64,000 nt of DNA from an uncultured Gemmataceae bacterium (GCA_963750165.1 CAVVPN010000003.1:32001-96000), one strand, 5' to 3'; counted from the first letter of the stretch, positions 9,623 to 20,699 are shown. Made by a program: numbers and translations. Notes: generated by a model from the sequence alone, not told the origin.

Positions 9623-10750
9623 TCAGTCCGGCCCCGGTGTCGTGAGCAGGTAGGTGGCGAACGACGCCAGCCAGTGCTCGCCCTCGTAACTGCCGCTGGC
9701 GACATGGCCCAGCGCCGCCGCGGCGTGCCGCGCGGCCGCATTGATCAGCACCTTGCGGGCGGCGTTGTCGGCCGGCAGCGCCGCCGCGACGCCGCGCATG
9801 CACCACGCCCGGCTCAAATTGAGCCCGTCCAGGTGGACAATCTGCGGGTCGGTGCGATCCGCCACTGTCGCCGGCACCAGCAGCGTTTTCGGCTCGCCCT
9901 TCGCCAGGTCCGGCAGGTAGCGCTGGAACCACTGCCGGAACTCGGCCGCCGGCAGCACGCGGCGCATCAGGTCCGCTTCCATCAGGCTCGGCGAGAAGAA
10001 ATCGGCGCCGTCCGGCTCCCACTTCGCGGGAATCTGCTCGTCCTTGCCGAAGTAGGTCCGGCTGCGCTCCTCGACCAGCGCCAGCAACTGCTTGTGGCTG
10101 ACGGCCTTCGCATAATCATGGGCGAATGCGAGGCCGAAGGCGGTGTTGGGGTGAACCCCCGTGCGAATGGGGTACGTCTGCTTCGGCAGGAATTCGAGGT
10201 AGCGCGTCACGAGCACGTCCGCGACCGGCTGCAAATGTTTGGCCCACTGTTTGGCGTCGGCGTCGTCCCAGGCGCGCAGCTCCTCCGTGAGCTTGAGCAG
10301 CCAGGCCCAGCCGTAGGTGCGCTCGAAGGATTTGCGATTGGGCTGGCTGAAGTAGTCGGCCTCGACTTGCAGGTTCTTCGCGGTCAGGTGCACCGCGAGG
10401 GCGGCGCGGATGTCCTTCGCTTCGGGCAGGTCGGGGAAGCGGCGCAGCAGCCGCACGAGCATCCAGTGGCTGTGGACGGCGGAGTGCCAGTCGAAGCAAC
10501 CGTAGAACGCGGGGTGCAGCGCCCGCGGCGTCTTGGCGTCGGCGTCCGCGTTGAGGACGTGGCCGGGCTTGTTGGGGTATTCCTTCTTGATGCCCTTGAG
10601 CGCCAACTTGGCGAAGGCAGACGCCTGTTGCTGCGTCAGGGTCAGGGTGGTTTTCGGGGGCTGCGGTTGCTGGGCAGGTGTGGACATGGTAAGCCAGGGT
10701 GCCAGAAGGATGGGAGATACAATCGCCGCCAGGACGCACGTTGATCGCAT
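9623..10750 (-). CDS. DUF2891 family protein (secreted)
   Basis: HPAFYGCFDWHSAVH, FERTYGWAW, HLDGLNLSRAW and YEGEHWLASFA motifs; signal peptide. Confidence 0.88.
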   Translation of the reverse strand: MRSTCVLAAIVSPILLAPWLTMSTPAQQPQPPKTTLTLTQQQASAFAKLALKGIKKEYPNKPGHVLNADADAKTPRALHPAFYGCFDWHSAVHSHWMLVRLLRRFPDLPEAKDIRAALAVHLTAKNLQVEADYFSQPNRKSFERTYGWAWLLKLTEELRAWDDADAKQWAKHLQPVADVLVTRYLEFLPKQTYPIRTGVHPNTAFGLAFAHDYAKAVSHKQLLALVEERSRTYFGKDEQIPAKWEPDGADFFSPSLMEADLMRRVLPAAEFRQWFQRYLPDLAKGEPKTLLVPATVADRTDPQIVHLDGLNLSRAWCMRGVAAALPADNAARKVLINAAARHAAAALGHVASGSYEGEHWLASFATYLLTTPGPD

Positions 10751-10753
10751 GGG

Positions 10754-11359
10754 TCAGGTCTCCTGCTTCAGTTGGGTTGGCTCGAGGTGTGCCAGGCGCG
10801 CTTGCAGCCGTGCCTTCACCTGCGGCCACTCGCTAACGATGATGCTGTACATGACGGTATCCCGAACACGGTCGCCCTGGGTGAGCCTGTGCGACCGCAG
10901 CACGCCTTCCCTGACCGCGCCCAGTTTCTCAATGGCGGCCTGCGAGCGCGTGTTGCGGAGATCGGTACACAGGGCGACGCGGTTCATGCCGAGGACTTCA
11001 AACGCCTGGGCGAGCAGCAGCAGCTTGCACTCCGGGTTGACCGCCGTGCCCCACACCGCCGGCGCGTACCAGGTGGAGCCGATTTCCAGGCGCCGGTCGC
11101 GCGGCGTGAAGTCGAGGTAACTGGTGCTGCCGAGGACGGCCTGGTCGGCACGGCGGCGCACGGCGAACGGGATCAGCCGACCCGCCGCGCGCTGCGCCAG
11201 GGCGTCCTCGAACCAGCGATCAAAGCCCGGGCCGCGGGCCAGGGTCAGGGTGTACGTCCAGATGCGTTCGTCGTCCGCGGCGGTGCGCAGCGCATCGCGG
11301 TGCTGGTCGCCCAGCGGTTCGAGTTGCACCCACTGCCCGGTCGGGTTGGGAATGTCCAT
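10754..11359 (-). CDS. GNAT N-acetyltransferase, RimJ/RimL-like
   Basis: LEIGSTW..WGTAVNPECKLLLL and NTRSQAAIEKLGAVREGVLR motifs. Confidence 0.9.
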   Translation of the reverse strand: MDIPNPTGQWVQLEPLGDQHRDALRTAADDERIWTYTLTLARGPGFDRWFEDALAQRAAGRLIPFAVRRRADQAVLGSTSYLDFTPRDRRLEIGSTWYAPAVWGTAVNPECKLLLLAQAFEVLGMNRVALCTDLRNTRSQAAIEKLGAVREGVLRSHRLTQGDRVRDTVMYSIIVSEWPQVKARLQARLAHLEPTQLKQET

Positions 11360-11415
11360 CGATATACTCCGGGTTCCTGTCTCCCGATGCCAAATCGAGG
11401 AGATGTCGCGCATGG

Positions 11416-11484
11416 GTCTTTGCCCCGAAGGGGCGGAACAACTTAGCCCAGGGCTAAGTTGTTCCGCCCCTTCGGGGCAAAGAC
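11416..11484. repeat. REP-like palindrome family G (GCCCCGAAGGGGC), collapsed form
   Basis: 34-bp perfect arms around a single base; the long form is at 45320-45529. Confidence 0.92.
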
Positions 11485-11522
11485 ACCTCCAGGATGGCGC
11501 TTGCAACCACGACTGCCGGCAC

Positions 11523-12545
11523 TCATTCTTTCCGCTGATAAATCGGCAGCAGCCGATACTCGACCGTCAGTGCCAGCACTGCCATCGCCGTGCCATAGTT
11601 GGGGCCGTAGCCGTCGCCGCCGATCCAGCTGCCGTTCGGCAGTTGCTGGCTGAGCAGCACCTTGTGCAGCAGCGGCTTGAAATGGCTCCAGTAGCCGCCG
11701 CCAAGTTGAAACGTCCCCTGGGCACAGTAGTAGGCGCTGTAAAAGAAATGGCCATCGCTCCAGGCAGGCGGCTCCTTGAGCAGCAGCGCGCCGGCCTGCA
11801 GCGCCTCGCGTGTGTGGTGCCGGTCCTTGCCGCAAATCTCCAGCGCCAGGATGCCGGTGCCGGTGCAGGCGACCGTGTGCCGGCCGCCGGGCTGGTAGCA
11901 GAAGCCGTGCGTGTACGGGTCGCGGCAACTCAGGACATACTTCACCGCCAGGTCGATGCGCTCTGCGGGCACGTCGCAGCCGAGGTTTTTCGCGGCCCGC
12001 AGCGCCAGCAGCTGCCAGCCGGTCACGCTCAGGTCCGCGTCCGAGCTATCCACACGGTAGCGCCAGCCGCCGGCGTGCGGCCCGCTCGTCCGCTGCGCCG
12101 CCAGCAGCACCGGCACCGCCTTTTGCAGCGCCGTCCGGATGTCCTTGCCCAGCGCCTCGTCGGTCATGCCCGCGACCTCCGCGAGCATCAGCGTGCAGAC
12201 GCCGTGGTGGTACATCTCATGGCCGCCGACCGTGGCGATCAGGCCGTTGGGCTGCTGCGCGGCCAGGACGTGCCGGATGCCCTTCGTGACCACCTCACCA
12301 TAGGGGCCCTCGCCCGGGACGTGGCCGGCGGACAGGTAGGCCATGACCGCCAGGCTGGTGATGGCCGGGTTGTGCTCCGCGGCGCGGGCCACGCGCCAGG
12401 AGCCGTCTTCCTCCTGCATGGTCTTGAGGAACGCCAGGGCGCGGTCCACGGCGTCGTCGGCGCGGTCGCGGGCGGGCGACTGGGCAACCGCGGCGCCAGG
12501 CCAACAAAAACCCAGGATCACGAGGACTGCCACGGGCCGGACCAT
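11523..12545 (-). CDS. Prenyltransferase/squalene oxidase repeat protein (secreted, planctomycete type)
   Basis: QEEDGSW, MYHHGVCTLMLAE, GGWRY..DADLSVTGW and QLPNGSW repeats. Confidence 0.85.
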   Translation of the reverse strand: MVRPVAVLVILGFCWPGAAVAQSPARDRADDAVDRALAFLKTMQEEDGSWRVARAAEHNPAITSLAVMAYLSAGHVPGEGPYGEVVTKGIRHVLAAQQPNGLIATVGGHEMYHHGVCTLMLAEVAGMTDEALGKDIRTALQKAVPVLLAAQRTSGPHAGGWRYRVDSSDADLSVTGWQLLALRAAKNLGCDVPAERIDLAVKYVLSCRDPYTHGFCYQPGGRHTVACTGTGILALEICGKDRHHTREALQAGALLLKEPPAWSDGHFFYSAYYCAQGTFQLGGGYWSHFKPLLHKVLLSQQLPNGSWIGGDGYGPNYGTAMAVLALTVEYRLLPIYQRKE

Positions 12546-12547
12546 CG

Positions 12548-15500
12548 TCAGTCCCCCTTCCGCGCCGGCCGCGCCAGCTGCTCGAAATAGCGCTGAATCA
12601 ACTCCGCGTAGTCGGCGCCGTAGCGGGTGCGGAAGTCTTGCAGCAGCCGTGTCCGCAGTTCCCCGGGCAGTTCACCCCACGACTTGCCGGCGTATTTGCG
12701 ATACTCCTTGCCGAAGCGCTCCAGGCTCGGCAGTCCGCCCGGCGCGGCCCCCAGGAAGTTCGACTGTGGGTTGGCCGTCGTCGGCCCGGCCGGCGCCAGC
12801 TGCTGGGCGGTCTGGTCCGCGGCACGCCGCAGCGCCTGGGCCGCGTCCTGCATGGCCGCCTGCGCCCCCGGCACCTGGCCCTGCGCCAGCTGGCTCTCCG
12901 CCCGGGCCATCTGCCGCGGCCCTGTTGCAGCGCCTGTCCCGCCACGGCCTGGTCCGCCTTGCCGGGGTCGCGTGCCATCTGGGTCAGCTGCTGGGCGGCT
13001 TCCTGGGCCTGGGCCGCCGCCTTGCCGAGCAATTTCAACGCCTGCTCGCGCTCCGCCTGGGCCTTGCCAAGGTTGCCCTCCTTCGCCTGTGCCTGCGCCA
13101 GCTTCATCGCCGTTGCCGCCTCGCCGGTGGCAGCCGCGGCCTCGTCGGCGGCCAGACCGGCGGTGGGCGTGCCCTGGCTGTCCTTGCCCAGCTGTTCCAG
13201 CTTCTTCATCAACCCGGCCGTCTCGGCGGCGACATCCGCCTGCTTGCCGGCCGTCTTCTCCGGCTCCGCGTCCGGCAACTTCGTCAGCCGCCGCACCGCC
13301 TCCTGCAATTCCCGCTGCGCCTCCGCCAGCTGCCGGGCCTGCTCCTGCTGCGCCTGGACCGCCGCGCTGTCCGCCAGGCGTTCGAGTTCCTTCACGGCCT
13401 GCCCCTGCCGCTCCACCGCGACGGCGGCATTGCCTTCCTTGAGCGCCTCGGCCGCCTTCCGGGCGGCACCGACCTCTGGCGTCTTTTCCGTCTTCACGTC
13501 GCGGGCCAGCTGGGCGGCCTTCTCGGCCAACTCCTGTTGCTGGCGCATCAGTTCCGCCAACTTCGTCTCGACCAGGTGCTTGAACGTTTTGTCACCGTCC
13601 ATGGTCAACTGCTGCTGTTTCTGGGTCAGCTCCTGAGCCTGCGTCGCCAGCTGCTGCGCCTGCCGGGCGCGGGCGGCGTCCAGGGCGGCGCGCACCAGCG
13701 AACTCTTTTCCGCCAGCCGCCGCATGGCTGCCGCCAACTTCGCCTGCTCCGCCCGCAGCGCCTCCAGCTTTTGCTGTGCCGCCGGGTCTTTTGCCAGGCG
13801 GGCCAGCTCGGCTTGTCGCTCCGCCAGTTTGGCCAACTCCAGTTGATCGAGGCGATCCTGCGCCGCCCGGTCGTTGTCCTGGTGCAGGCCGTCGAGCAGC
13901 TGCTGCGCCCGGGCCAGTTCCTCGTCGGCCGCGAGCAACAGCTGGGCACGGCGGGCGGCGTCCACCTCCGGCCGGCCGGCGTCGGCCAGGGCCTGCTCGC
14001 TGCGGTGCAGCGGACCGGCGGTCAGCTGCCGGGCGCGTTCGGCGAGGTCACGCAGCCCCGGCCGGGCGGCGGCCAGGTCCGCCAGCTGCGCCAGCTGGGC
14101 CGTGATCGCGTCGTTCTGGCGCCGCAGCGCCGCCAGCTGGCGGTCCTGCTCGGCGCCGGATAGCGGCTGTTCGCGCACCTGCGCCAGGTCTGTTCGCTCC
14201 GTTTGCAGTGCCTTCTGAATGGCCGTCACGCGGTCCCGAATGTCGTCGTGCTGCGCTGCCACCTCCTGCCGCGCCAGGGCCGGCGCTGCCTTGCGGACGC
14301 GCAGCAACAACCAGCGGGCCTGAGTCCCGTCCGGCGGCGGCCAGAACGCAGTCTGCGGCGCCAGGCCGGCGACACGGCGGTTGTCGGCGGCGGCCAGGCG
14401 GAACGCCAGCACGTCGCCGTCCTTGACCTTGCCAGCCAGCTGGAACAGGTGTCGCGCGTGGCGGTGCGTCGCCGTGGACCCGGAGGCGACCTGGAGTTCC
14501 TCGCGGCACACCGGGCCGTGGTTGACGCGGTATTCCAGCCACAGCCTTTCGACGCCGAAGTCATCCATCACGGTCAGGTGCAGCGGCAGGCGGTCGTCGA
14601 GCGGCACCTGGCGGGTCTGGGCCACGTCGAGCAGTTCATGAAACGGCGTGTCGCTGCGGCCGCCGGGCCACGCGGCGCTGGTGCCGCTCACCACCATGTC
14701 CGGCAAGTCCGGCGGCGCGATCAGCGGTGGGGCGTCGGCCACGACCGTCAGCGCCGGCAGTGGCTGCGGGCCGCCGGTCGATTCCAGGAACACGTTGACC
14801 GCAAAGGCCCCGGTTTCGGGCAGGGTCACCTTCACCCCGCCGCCCTTGCCGTCAGCCGTCAATGACAGCGGTACTCGGCGGCGCTGGCCGGTGGCCAGGT
14901 GGGTGAGTTCCAGGTGCGCCCGGCCACGGGCCGTGTGAAGCGCAGGTCAAAGGCAACGGCGCCGTGCTGCACGGCGGTGCGCAGCGTCAGCGGCGGCTGC
15001 GTTTGCGGCGGTTGCGCGACCGGATCGACGTAGGGCGGCGGCGTCACGGTGACGCGCGAGGCAGCGGCGTCCAGGCGGACCGGCTCCGGGTCGCACTCCA
15101 GGGTGCAACAGAAGTCCGGATCGACCGGGTTCCATAAACGCTGGATAAAGTGTTGCGCGCTGGCCGACAACGCAGCCGTTGCGGTCGTGAGCAGCAGTGC
15201 TGCCAGAGCCGCGGCCGCCAGCCGTAGGCTCGCCCGCACCGGGGCCACGGCCGACACGTCGAGCCCTTGCGTCTGGTCCGCCGTCTGCGCGAACAGCAAT
15301 TCCACCAGGACAGGCGCTCCGTTGGTGAGGTCGCGCCGCTCGACGAGGGCGACGCTACTGGTCAGGCGTTCGCAGAGCTGCGGATAACGGCGTTCGATCA
15401 GCGCCGCCAGTGCGTGAGCGTCGGCCCGTCGGCACAATGGCCGCAGCACCAGAAAGCCGATGATCGCCAGTGATCCGACAGCCAGGACAATCTCGCCCGC

Positions 15501-15680
15501 CCACAGCTGGAACGGCGTCAGCTTTAGCCAGTGGTCCGCGGCGAAGAGCAGTAACAGGCCGAGCGCCAGGAAGAGCACCACGGCACTGACGCCGCGCAGC
15601 AGGCGCAGGCGGCGGAGGCGGCCGGCCAGGACGACGAGTGGGCGGCGCAGCGGCGCGGGCAACGTGGAGGGGCTGGTCAA
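12548..15680 (-). CDS. Large membrane-anchored coiled-coil protein (DUF4175-like); frameshifts near 14921 and 12915
   Basis: N-terminal TM helices, IERRYPQLCERLTSSV, VTVTPPPY, DDFGV, Q/A-rich coiled coil, and C-terminal WGELPGELR..YAELIQRYF. Three ORFs join through single-base shifts. Confidence 0.7.
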
Positions 15681-16005
15681 GGCAAGTCTCCCTGGGCGAG
15701 GCGGCGTCAGACGGCGGGTTCGCTCGGCAGTGGTGTTGATTGTATGGCAGCGGCGGGCGGCCACACAAGGAAGAAAGCCCCTGATTGCCCTCGGCGCCTC
15801 CTGCACGAGGCGTAAATGGCGCGGGCCGGTCGCCGAATAGAGCAGAGTGCGGAGGGGAGTAGCGGTCTGGGGAGTCACCTGGCCACATGGCCACATGGCG
15901 CGCCCCCTACCTCCCGGCCTGGCAACCCCTGGCACTGCTACTCCCCTCCACCAACTGCGCTAAGTTGGCGATGAGGAGAGGCAAGGGTTTATTGCAGATT
16001 GCGAA

Positions 16006-16075
16006 TGGGTGTAGCGGAAGTCGCCAGACTTCCGAGCAGCACCGGACGGAAGTCTGGCGACTTCCGCTACACCCA
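16006..16075. repeat. REP-like palindrome family F, copy 2
   Basis: Core arms identical to 9527-9594; loop in the opposite orientation. Confidence 0.92.
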
Positions 16076-16091
16076 ACTGCGAACCACTGCT

Positions 16092-16182
16092 CTGTAAATA
16101 GGCCGCATTCCTGATGGTACGTTCAGTGGTTGCGGCCATTTTCATGAACTCTGGGTGAACCCCAGTTCATGACGACTCTAAT
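16092..16182. repeat. ~90-bp dispersed repeat with two hairpins, copy 1
   Basis: Nearly identical to 45562-45653. Confidence 0.92.
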
Positions 16183-16227
16183 AAGGGCGAGAAACCTCGG
16201 TTACATACACTCTGGAGGAAGGCCACG

Positions 16228-16440
16228 ATGACTGGGCAATTTCAGATGAGTGAAGCGGACCTGGGCGGGTTGGCGGGGTTGCTGGTGGACGAGGCCGAAC
16301 GGCAAGCGCAAGCCAGGGGCGGCCACGTCACCGTGTACTTCCGGGATGGGGTGTCGTTTCCGGTGACGGCCAACTTTGATCCGCAGCGTGTGTGCGTGGC
16401 CGTCACCAACGGCGTGGTCACCGATGCGACCATCGGCTGA
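16228..16440 (+). CDS. Small protein, possibly peptidase inhibitor I78-like
   Basis: GGAGG RBS; C-terminal DG..FPVTANFDPQRVCVAVTNGVVT..G resembles the I78 pattern. Confidence 0.5.
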   Translation: MTGQFQMSEADLGGLAGLLVDEAERQAQARGGHVTVYFRDGVSFPVTANFDPQRVCVAVTNGVVTDATIG

Positions 16441-16452
16441 GTAGAAAGAGAT

Positions 16453-16552
16453 TTCACCACAGAGAACGCGGAGAGCGCAGAGAGAGGACAAAAGAGCTGG
16501 GTTGTCCAATTCTTGGTCTTCTCTCTGCGCTCTCCGCATTCTCTGTGGTGAA
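16453..16552. repeat. Family A palindrome (CCACAGAGAACGCGGAGAGCGCAGAG) between convergent genes
   Basis: ~32-bp arms with 1 mismatch; loop gagctgggtt..caattct is shared with 45191-45283. Confidence 0.9.
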
Positions 16553-16565
16553 TATTGTCTTCTTT

Positions 16566-17276
16566 CTATTCCCCTTCGCGCAGCGGCTGCGGTCGCAGCA
16601 ACCGTACCGCCTCCGCCAGCGGCTGCGCCTGCCAGGTGTGGCCCACCGGCTGCACCGCCGGCGGCTGCGGCGCCGGTGCCGGCTGGGGCAGCGCCAGCTG
16701 GACACAGATGTCGCGGTCCACTTCCAACGTCCGCGGCCCGTTCAACGTCAGCTGCGCAACCACGCGCAACCGCTCGTGCTTCGGCCACGCCTTCCACGGC
16801 AGCACCAGGAAATAGCCCGAGCCCGTCCGCGCCGAGCGCCACTCGTCGCGCAACTGCTCCGCCGGCACGTCCCAGGAACACAGGATCGATTTCGACCCGT
16901 CCGCGCTGATTTGCAGCGCGGTGATGCGCAGGTTGCCGTGGATCGGCACGATCTGATCGGTTGCGTCGCGCGGCTCCAGCGCGACCTGCAGCGCCTCGTC
17001 GCCGGGCTGCTCGTCGCTGTCGTGGCCGCTGGTGCGCGGGCCCAGCGTCAGGCGTTTGACGGCGGCGGCAGGAACGGGGGGCGGGGGAGGCGATTTCTTG
17101 GTACTGACCTCGGTGGCGGACGTTTGTTTGATGCCGTCCGGTTTGGTCAGGTTGTCCTTGTCGGCGCCGTCGCGGCCGGGCATGAACAGAGGGGAGTCGT
17201 TGACGTTCACCTGGTGACAGCCAGCCAGGGCGCACGCCAGGAGCAGGGCGAACCAGGGTCGGCGTCGTGCCTGCAT
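16566..17276 (-). CDS. Hypothetical lipoprotein
   Basis: Lipobox ACALAGC after a basic/hydrophobic leader; start ATG 17276. Confidence 0.7.
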   Translation of the reverse strand: MQARRRPWFALLLACALAGCHQVNVNDSPLFMPGRDGADKDNLTKPDGIKQTSATEVSTKKSPPPPPVPAAAVKRLTLGPRTSGHDSDEQPGDEALQVALEPRDATDQIVPIHGNLRITALQISADGSKSILCSWDVPAEQLRDEWRSARTGSGYFLVLPWKAWPKHERLRVVAQLTLNGPRTLEVDRDICVQLALPQPAPAPQPPAVQPVGHTWQAQPLAEAVRLLRPQPLREGE

Positions 17277-17293
17277 GGGGGGACTTCCTTTGT

Positions 17294-17361
17294 GATTGCA
17301 GATTGCAAATTGAAAAACAACAACGTTCCGGTCTTTCAATTTGCAATCTGCAATCTGCAAT
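17294..17361. repeat. Family B heptamer palindrome
   Basis: 22-bp arms gattgcagattgcaaattgaaa / tttcaatttgcaatctgcaatc. Confidence 0.88.
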
Positions 17362-17366
17362 GCTTG

Positions 17367-17984
17367 TCAGCCGTTGGCCGGCGGTCGCGCACCCATCGTG
17401 CTCGGCAACCGCTCCAGCACGACATCGACCAGGCCGTACTCCTTCGCCTCCCCGGGCGACATGAACTTGTCGCGGTCGGTGTCGCGCTCGATCTCCTCCA
17501 GCGTGCGGCCGGTGTGCTTCATCAGGATTTCGTTGAGGTCGCGCTTGAGGCGCTGGAACTCCTTCAGGTGCAGCAGAATGTCGGTGGTGGTGCCCTGGGT
17601 GCCAGCCAGCGGCTGGTGGATCATCACCCGGGCGTGCGGCAGCGCGTGGCGTTTGCCTTTCGCCCCGGCCGTCAGCAGCACCGCGCCCATGCTCGCCGCC
17701 TGGCCGATGCAGTAGGTCGCCACGGGACAGGTCAGGTACTGCATCGTGTCGTAGATGCTCATGCCCGCCGTCACCGACCCGCCGGGCGAGTTGATGTACA
17801 GGTGGATGTCGGTCTTGGGATCCTCGAACTGCAGGTACAGCAACTGGGCGACAATGAGGTTGGCGCTGTGGTCGTCCACCTGGCCCTGCAGGAAGACGAT
17901 GCGGTCGCGCAGCAGACGGCTGTAGATGTCGTAGACTCGATCTTCACGGCCGTTGCGTTCGACCACAAAGGGGACGCTCGGCAT
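17367..17984 (-). CDS. clpP: ATP-dependent Clp protease proteolytic subunit
   Basis: [33 protein letters not shown] and DRDKFM motifs. Confidence 0.96.
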   Translation of the reverse strand: MPSVPFVVERNGREDRVYDIYSRLLRDRIVFLQGQVDDHSANLIVAQLLYLQFEDPKTDIHLYINSPGGSVTAGMSIYDTMQYLTCPVATYCIGQAASMGAVLLTAGAKGKRHALPHARVMIHQPLAGTQGTTTDILLHLKEFQRLKRDLNEILMKHTGRTLEEIERDTDRDKFMSPGEAKEYGLVDVVLERLPSTMGARPPANG

Positions 17985-18105
17985 GGCTGGGTTCTCCTTG
18001 CTAACCCGGCCCCGAATCAATATCGGCAGCCGGGTGGGGTCGCGTTGAGGAATTCGATTCGGTTAGTTGTGCGGGGGCCGCGACGCGGAGCGTCCCGTGC
18101 CGCGG

Positions 18106-18757
18106 TTACTTCTTCGGCAGCTCTTCCGAAATTTTCTGGATGACCTCATCGACCAGGCCAAACTCCTTGGCCTCCTGGGCCGAGAAGAAGCGGTCGCGCT
18201 CGGTCTCAGTGGCGATCTGCTCAACCGGCCGGCCGGTGTGCCTGGCCAGGATTTCGTTGAGGCGCAGTGCGCTCCTTCATGATCTCATTGGCCTGAATCT
18301 CGATGTCGGAGATCTGGCCGCCGACCTCGCCCCAGGGTTGGTGGATCATGACCTTCGAGTTGGGCAGGGCGTAGCGCTTGCCCTTGCTGCCGGCCGCCAA
18401 AATGATGGCGGCGCCGCTGGCGGCGATGCCCATGCAGTAGGTCGAGATCGGGCACTCCATGTACTGCATGGTGTCGTAGATGGCCAGCGTCGCGGTCACC
18501 GAACCGCCAGGGCAGTTGATGTAAAAGTGGATTTCCTGGTTGCGGTTCTCGTACTGCAGGAACAGCAACTTCTGGATGGTGACGTTGGCCAGGTAATCGG
18601 TGATCGGAGCCTGACCGCCGGTCTCGGGCGAGCTGCCCAGGAAAACGATGCGGTTCTCCAGCAGCAGGTCGCCCAGCGTCATCTGCCGCTGCCGGGCGTA
18701 GTCGCGGTAGCGCTGGTTCATGGGCGTGAACGGAGTCGGGCCGTTCGTCTCGAACAT
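18106..18757 (-). CDS. clpP: Second ClpP paralogue (frameshift near 18266)
   Basis: [27 protein letters not shown]; the shifted frame continues [31 protein letters not shown]. Confidence 0.9.
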
Positions 18758-18774
18758 GGCACAATCCTCTTGTG

Positions 18775-18923
18775 GATTGCAGCTTGCAGATTGCGGATTG
18801 CAGATTGAAAGGCCGGGTTCGTCGTACCAGCTGTAGCCGGAACCGGACACCCAGATTCCGCCTAAAGGCGGTACTACCAACCCAGGCTCTTCAATCTGCA
18901 ATCTGCAAGCTGCAAGCTGCAAT
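18775..18923. repeat. Family B heptamer palindrome enclosing an imperfect CCGCCTAAAGGCGG-type REP doublet
   Basis: Outer (ttgcaga)n arms; inner ggttcgtcgtaccagctgtagccggaa pairs imperfectly with ttccgcctaaaggcggtactaccaacc. Confidence 0.85.
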
Positions 18924-18931
18924 TGATTTGG

Positions 18932-20528
18932 TTACGCCGTCGCCTCCGACGTGGTTTCCGAAGGCGGCGCCGCGGTCGGGTCCTTCATCTCGCCGGGTAC
19001 GGCCTGCTCTTCGACCGTGCCGATGGTCCGCTCTGCCTCGCCGACCGGCACGTCATCATACTCGGCGCTCTGCAACACCAGGTCGAGCGTCTTGCGCTCG
19101 ATGATCTGGGCGGCGAGGGTGTCGAGCAGGTCTTCCTTCTCCATGCGGGCGCGGACGCGGCGCGCCGATTCGCCGTTCTGCTCTGCGATGCGGTCGATTT
19201 CCTCGTTGATCTCGTCCTCGCTGACGTCGATCTTCTCCGTCTCGGCGATCTTCTGCAGCACGAAGTGTTCCTTCAGCGAGCGCGTGGTGCTCTGGAGCAC
19301 GTCCTGCTGCAACAGCCGCTGCCGGCCGCGGATTTCGTCCTCGGACATGCCGGCGTCCTGCATCTCCAGCACCTTGCGGGCCAGCGCCTTGCGGGCCTGG
19401 CGCATCAGCAGGTCCTGCGGCAAATCCCAGTGCTGGGCCTCGGCGATCTGGTCGAGTACCTGATCGCGGGCGGACTGGCGCTGCTCGTACTCCAGGCGCC
19501 GCTCCAGCATGATGCGTACCGTCTCGCGCAACTGCTCCGGCGTGTGGACGCCGAAATTGTGCAGGAACTCGTGTGTCAGTTCGGGCAGCCGCAGCATCTT
19601 GACATCCTTGATGTCGAAGGTTGCCTGCACGGTCTGGCCGGCGAGTTCGCCGACCGCGACGGCGCCGGCCATCACAATGTCCACCACGCGGGCGTCGCCG
19701 GCCTTCGCCCCGACGATGTGCTGTCCGAATTGTTCGGCGACACCATCCTTGAAGGCAAGGCGCGGCTCGACGCGGACGGTCAATTCCCTGGCGGTGCCGA
19801 TGGTCTTGTCGCCCTGGCGCGTGGTGAGATCGGTGATGATGTAGTCGCCCATCTCGGCGGCGCCGCCCTCCTTGGGCACCAGCTGGCCGTAGCGCGACAG
19901 AATGCGCCGCTCCTCCTTCTCCACGTCCTCTTCGCTGAAGGTGCGCACGGGCCGCCGGAGCTTGAGGCCCTTGTAGTTGGGCAGGTCGAACTGCGGCCGC
20001 ACCTCCACTTCGAACTCGTAGACGAACGGCCCCTGCTCGGGAATGTCGATCTTGCCGGGGTCGATGTTCGGGGCGCTCGAGCGGGGCGATGTCGTGCTCC
20101 TCGGCCAGCTGTTCCAGCGAGGCGAGCAGCACCTGGCCCTTGATCTGATCGACGACTTCCTTGCGATACATGCGCGTGACCACCTTGCGCGGCGCCTTGC
20201 CGGGCCGGAAGCCGGGCACCACCGAGTCCTTGACCAGTTCGGAATACTTCTGGTTGAGCAGCTCGTCGATCTCCTTGCGATCAACGATCACCTTGATGTG
20301 CTTCTTGCAGGGGCCGACATCCTTCATCTCGACCGTCTGCTGCAACTTCTGGCCCTTGTCCTCGGCCTGCGTCTCGTCGCCCTTTGGCTCGGCCGCGGGT
20401 TCGGCGGCGGGCTCAGCCGTGGCGGAAGCGGCGTCCGGCGGGTTCTCGACGGCGGTGGCAGCGGCAGGCTCCGGCGGGGTTTCCGTGGCGGTGCCGGGGG
20501 TCGGTGTGCTGGGAGTCTCGTCGGTCAT
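18932..20528 (-). CDS. tig: Trigger factor (1-nt frameshift near 20078)
   Basis: VPGFRPGKAP ribosome-binding signature and FEVEVRPQFDLPNYKGL; lies upstream of the clpP genes. Confidence 0.95.
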
Positions 20529-20625
20529 GGCAGAACAGCCCCCTGAAAGTTAAGAAAGCCGGGAAGGCCACAACAATCGCGCCCAGGGACAGGTCGCGAT
20601 CTTATGGCCTTCTCGGCCGGAAAAG

Positions 20626-20699
<74 letters not shown>

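Noticed and set aside
11523..12545. Squalene-hopene cyclase or terpene biosynthesis cluster
   Set aside because: Only 340 aa, has a signal peptide and lacks DxDD; fits the planctomycete prenyltransferase-repeat family.
18106..20528. Programmed frameshifting or pseudogenisation of tig and clpP
   Set aside because: No slippery sequence, and similar indels are scattered through unrelated genes; assembly error is more likely.
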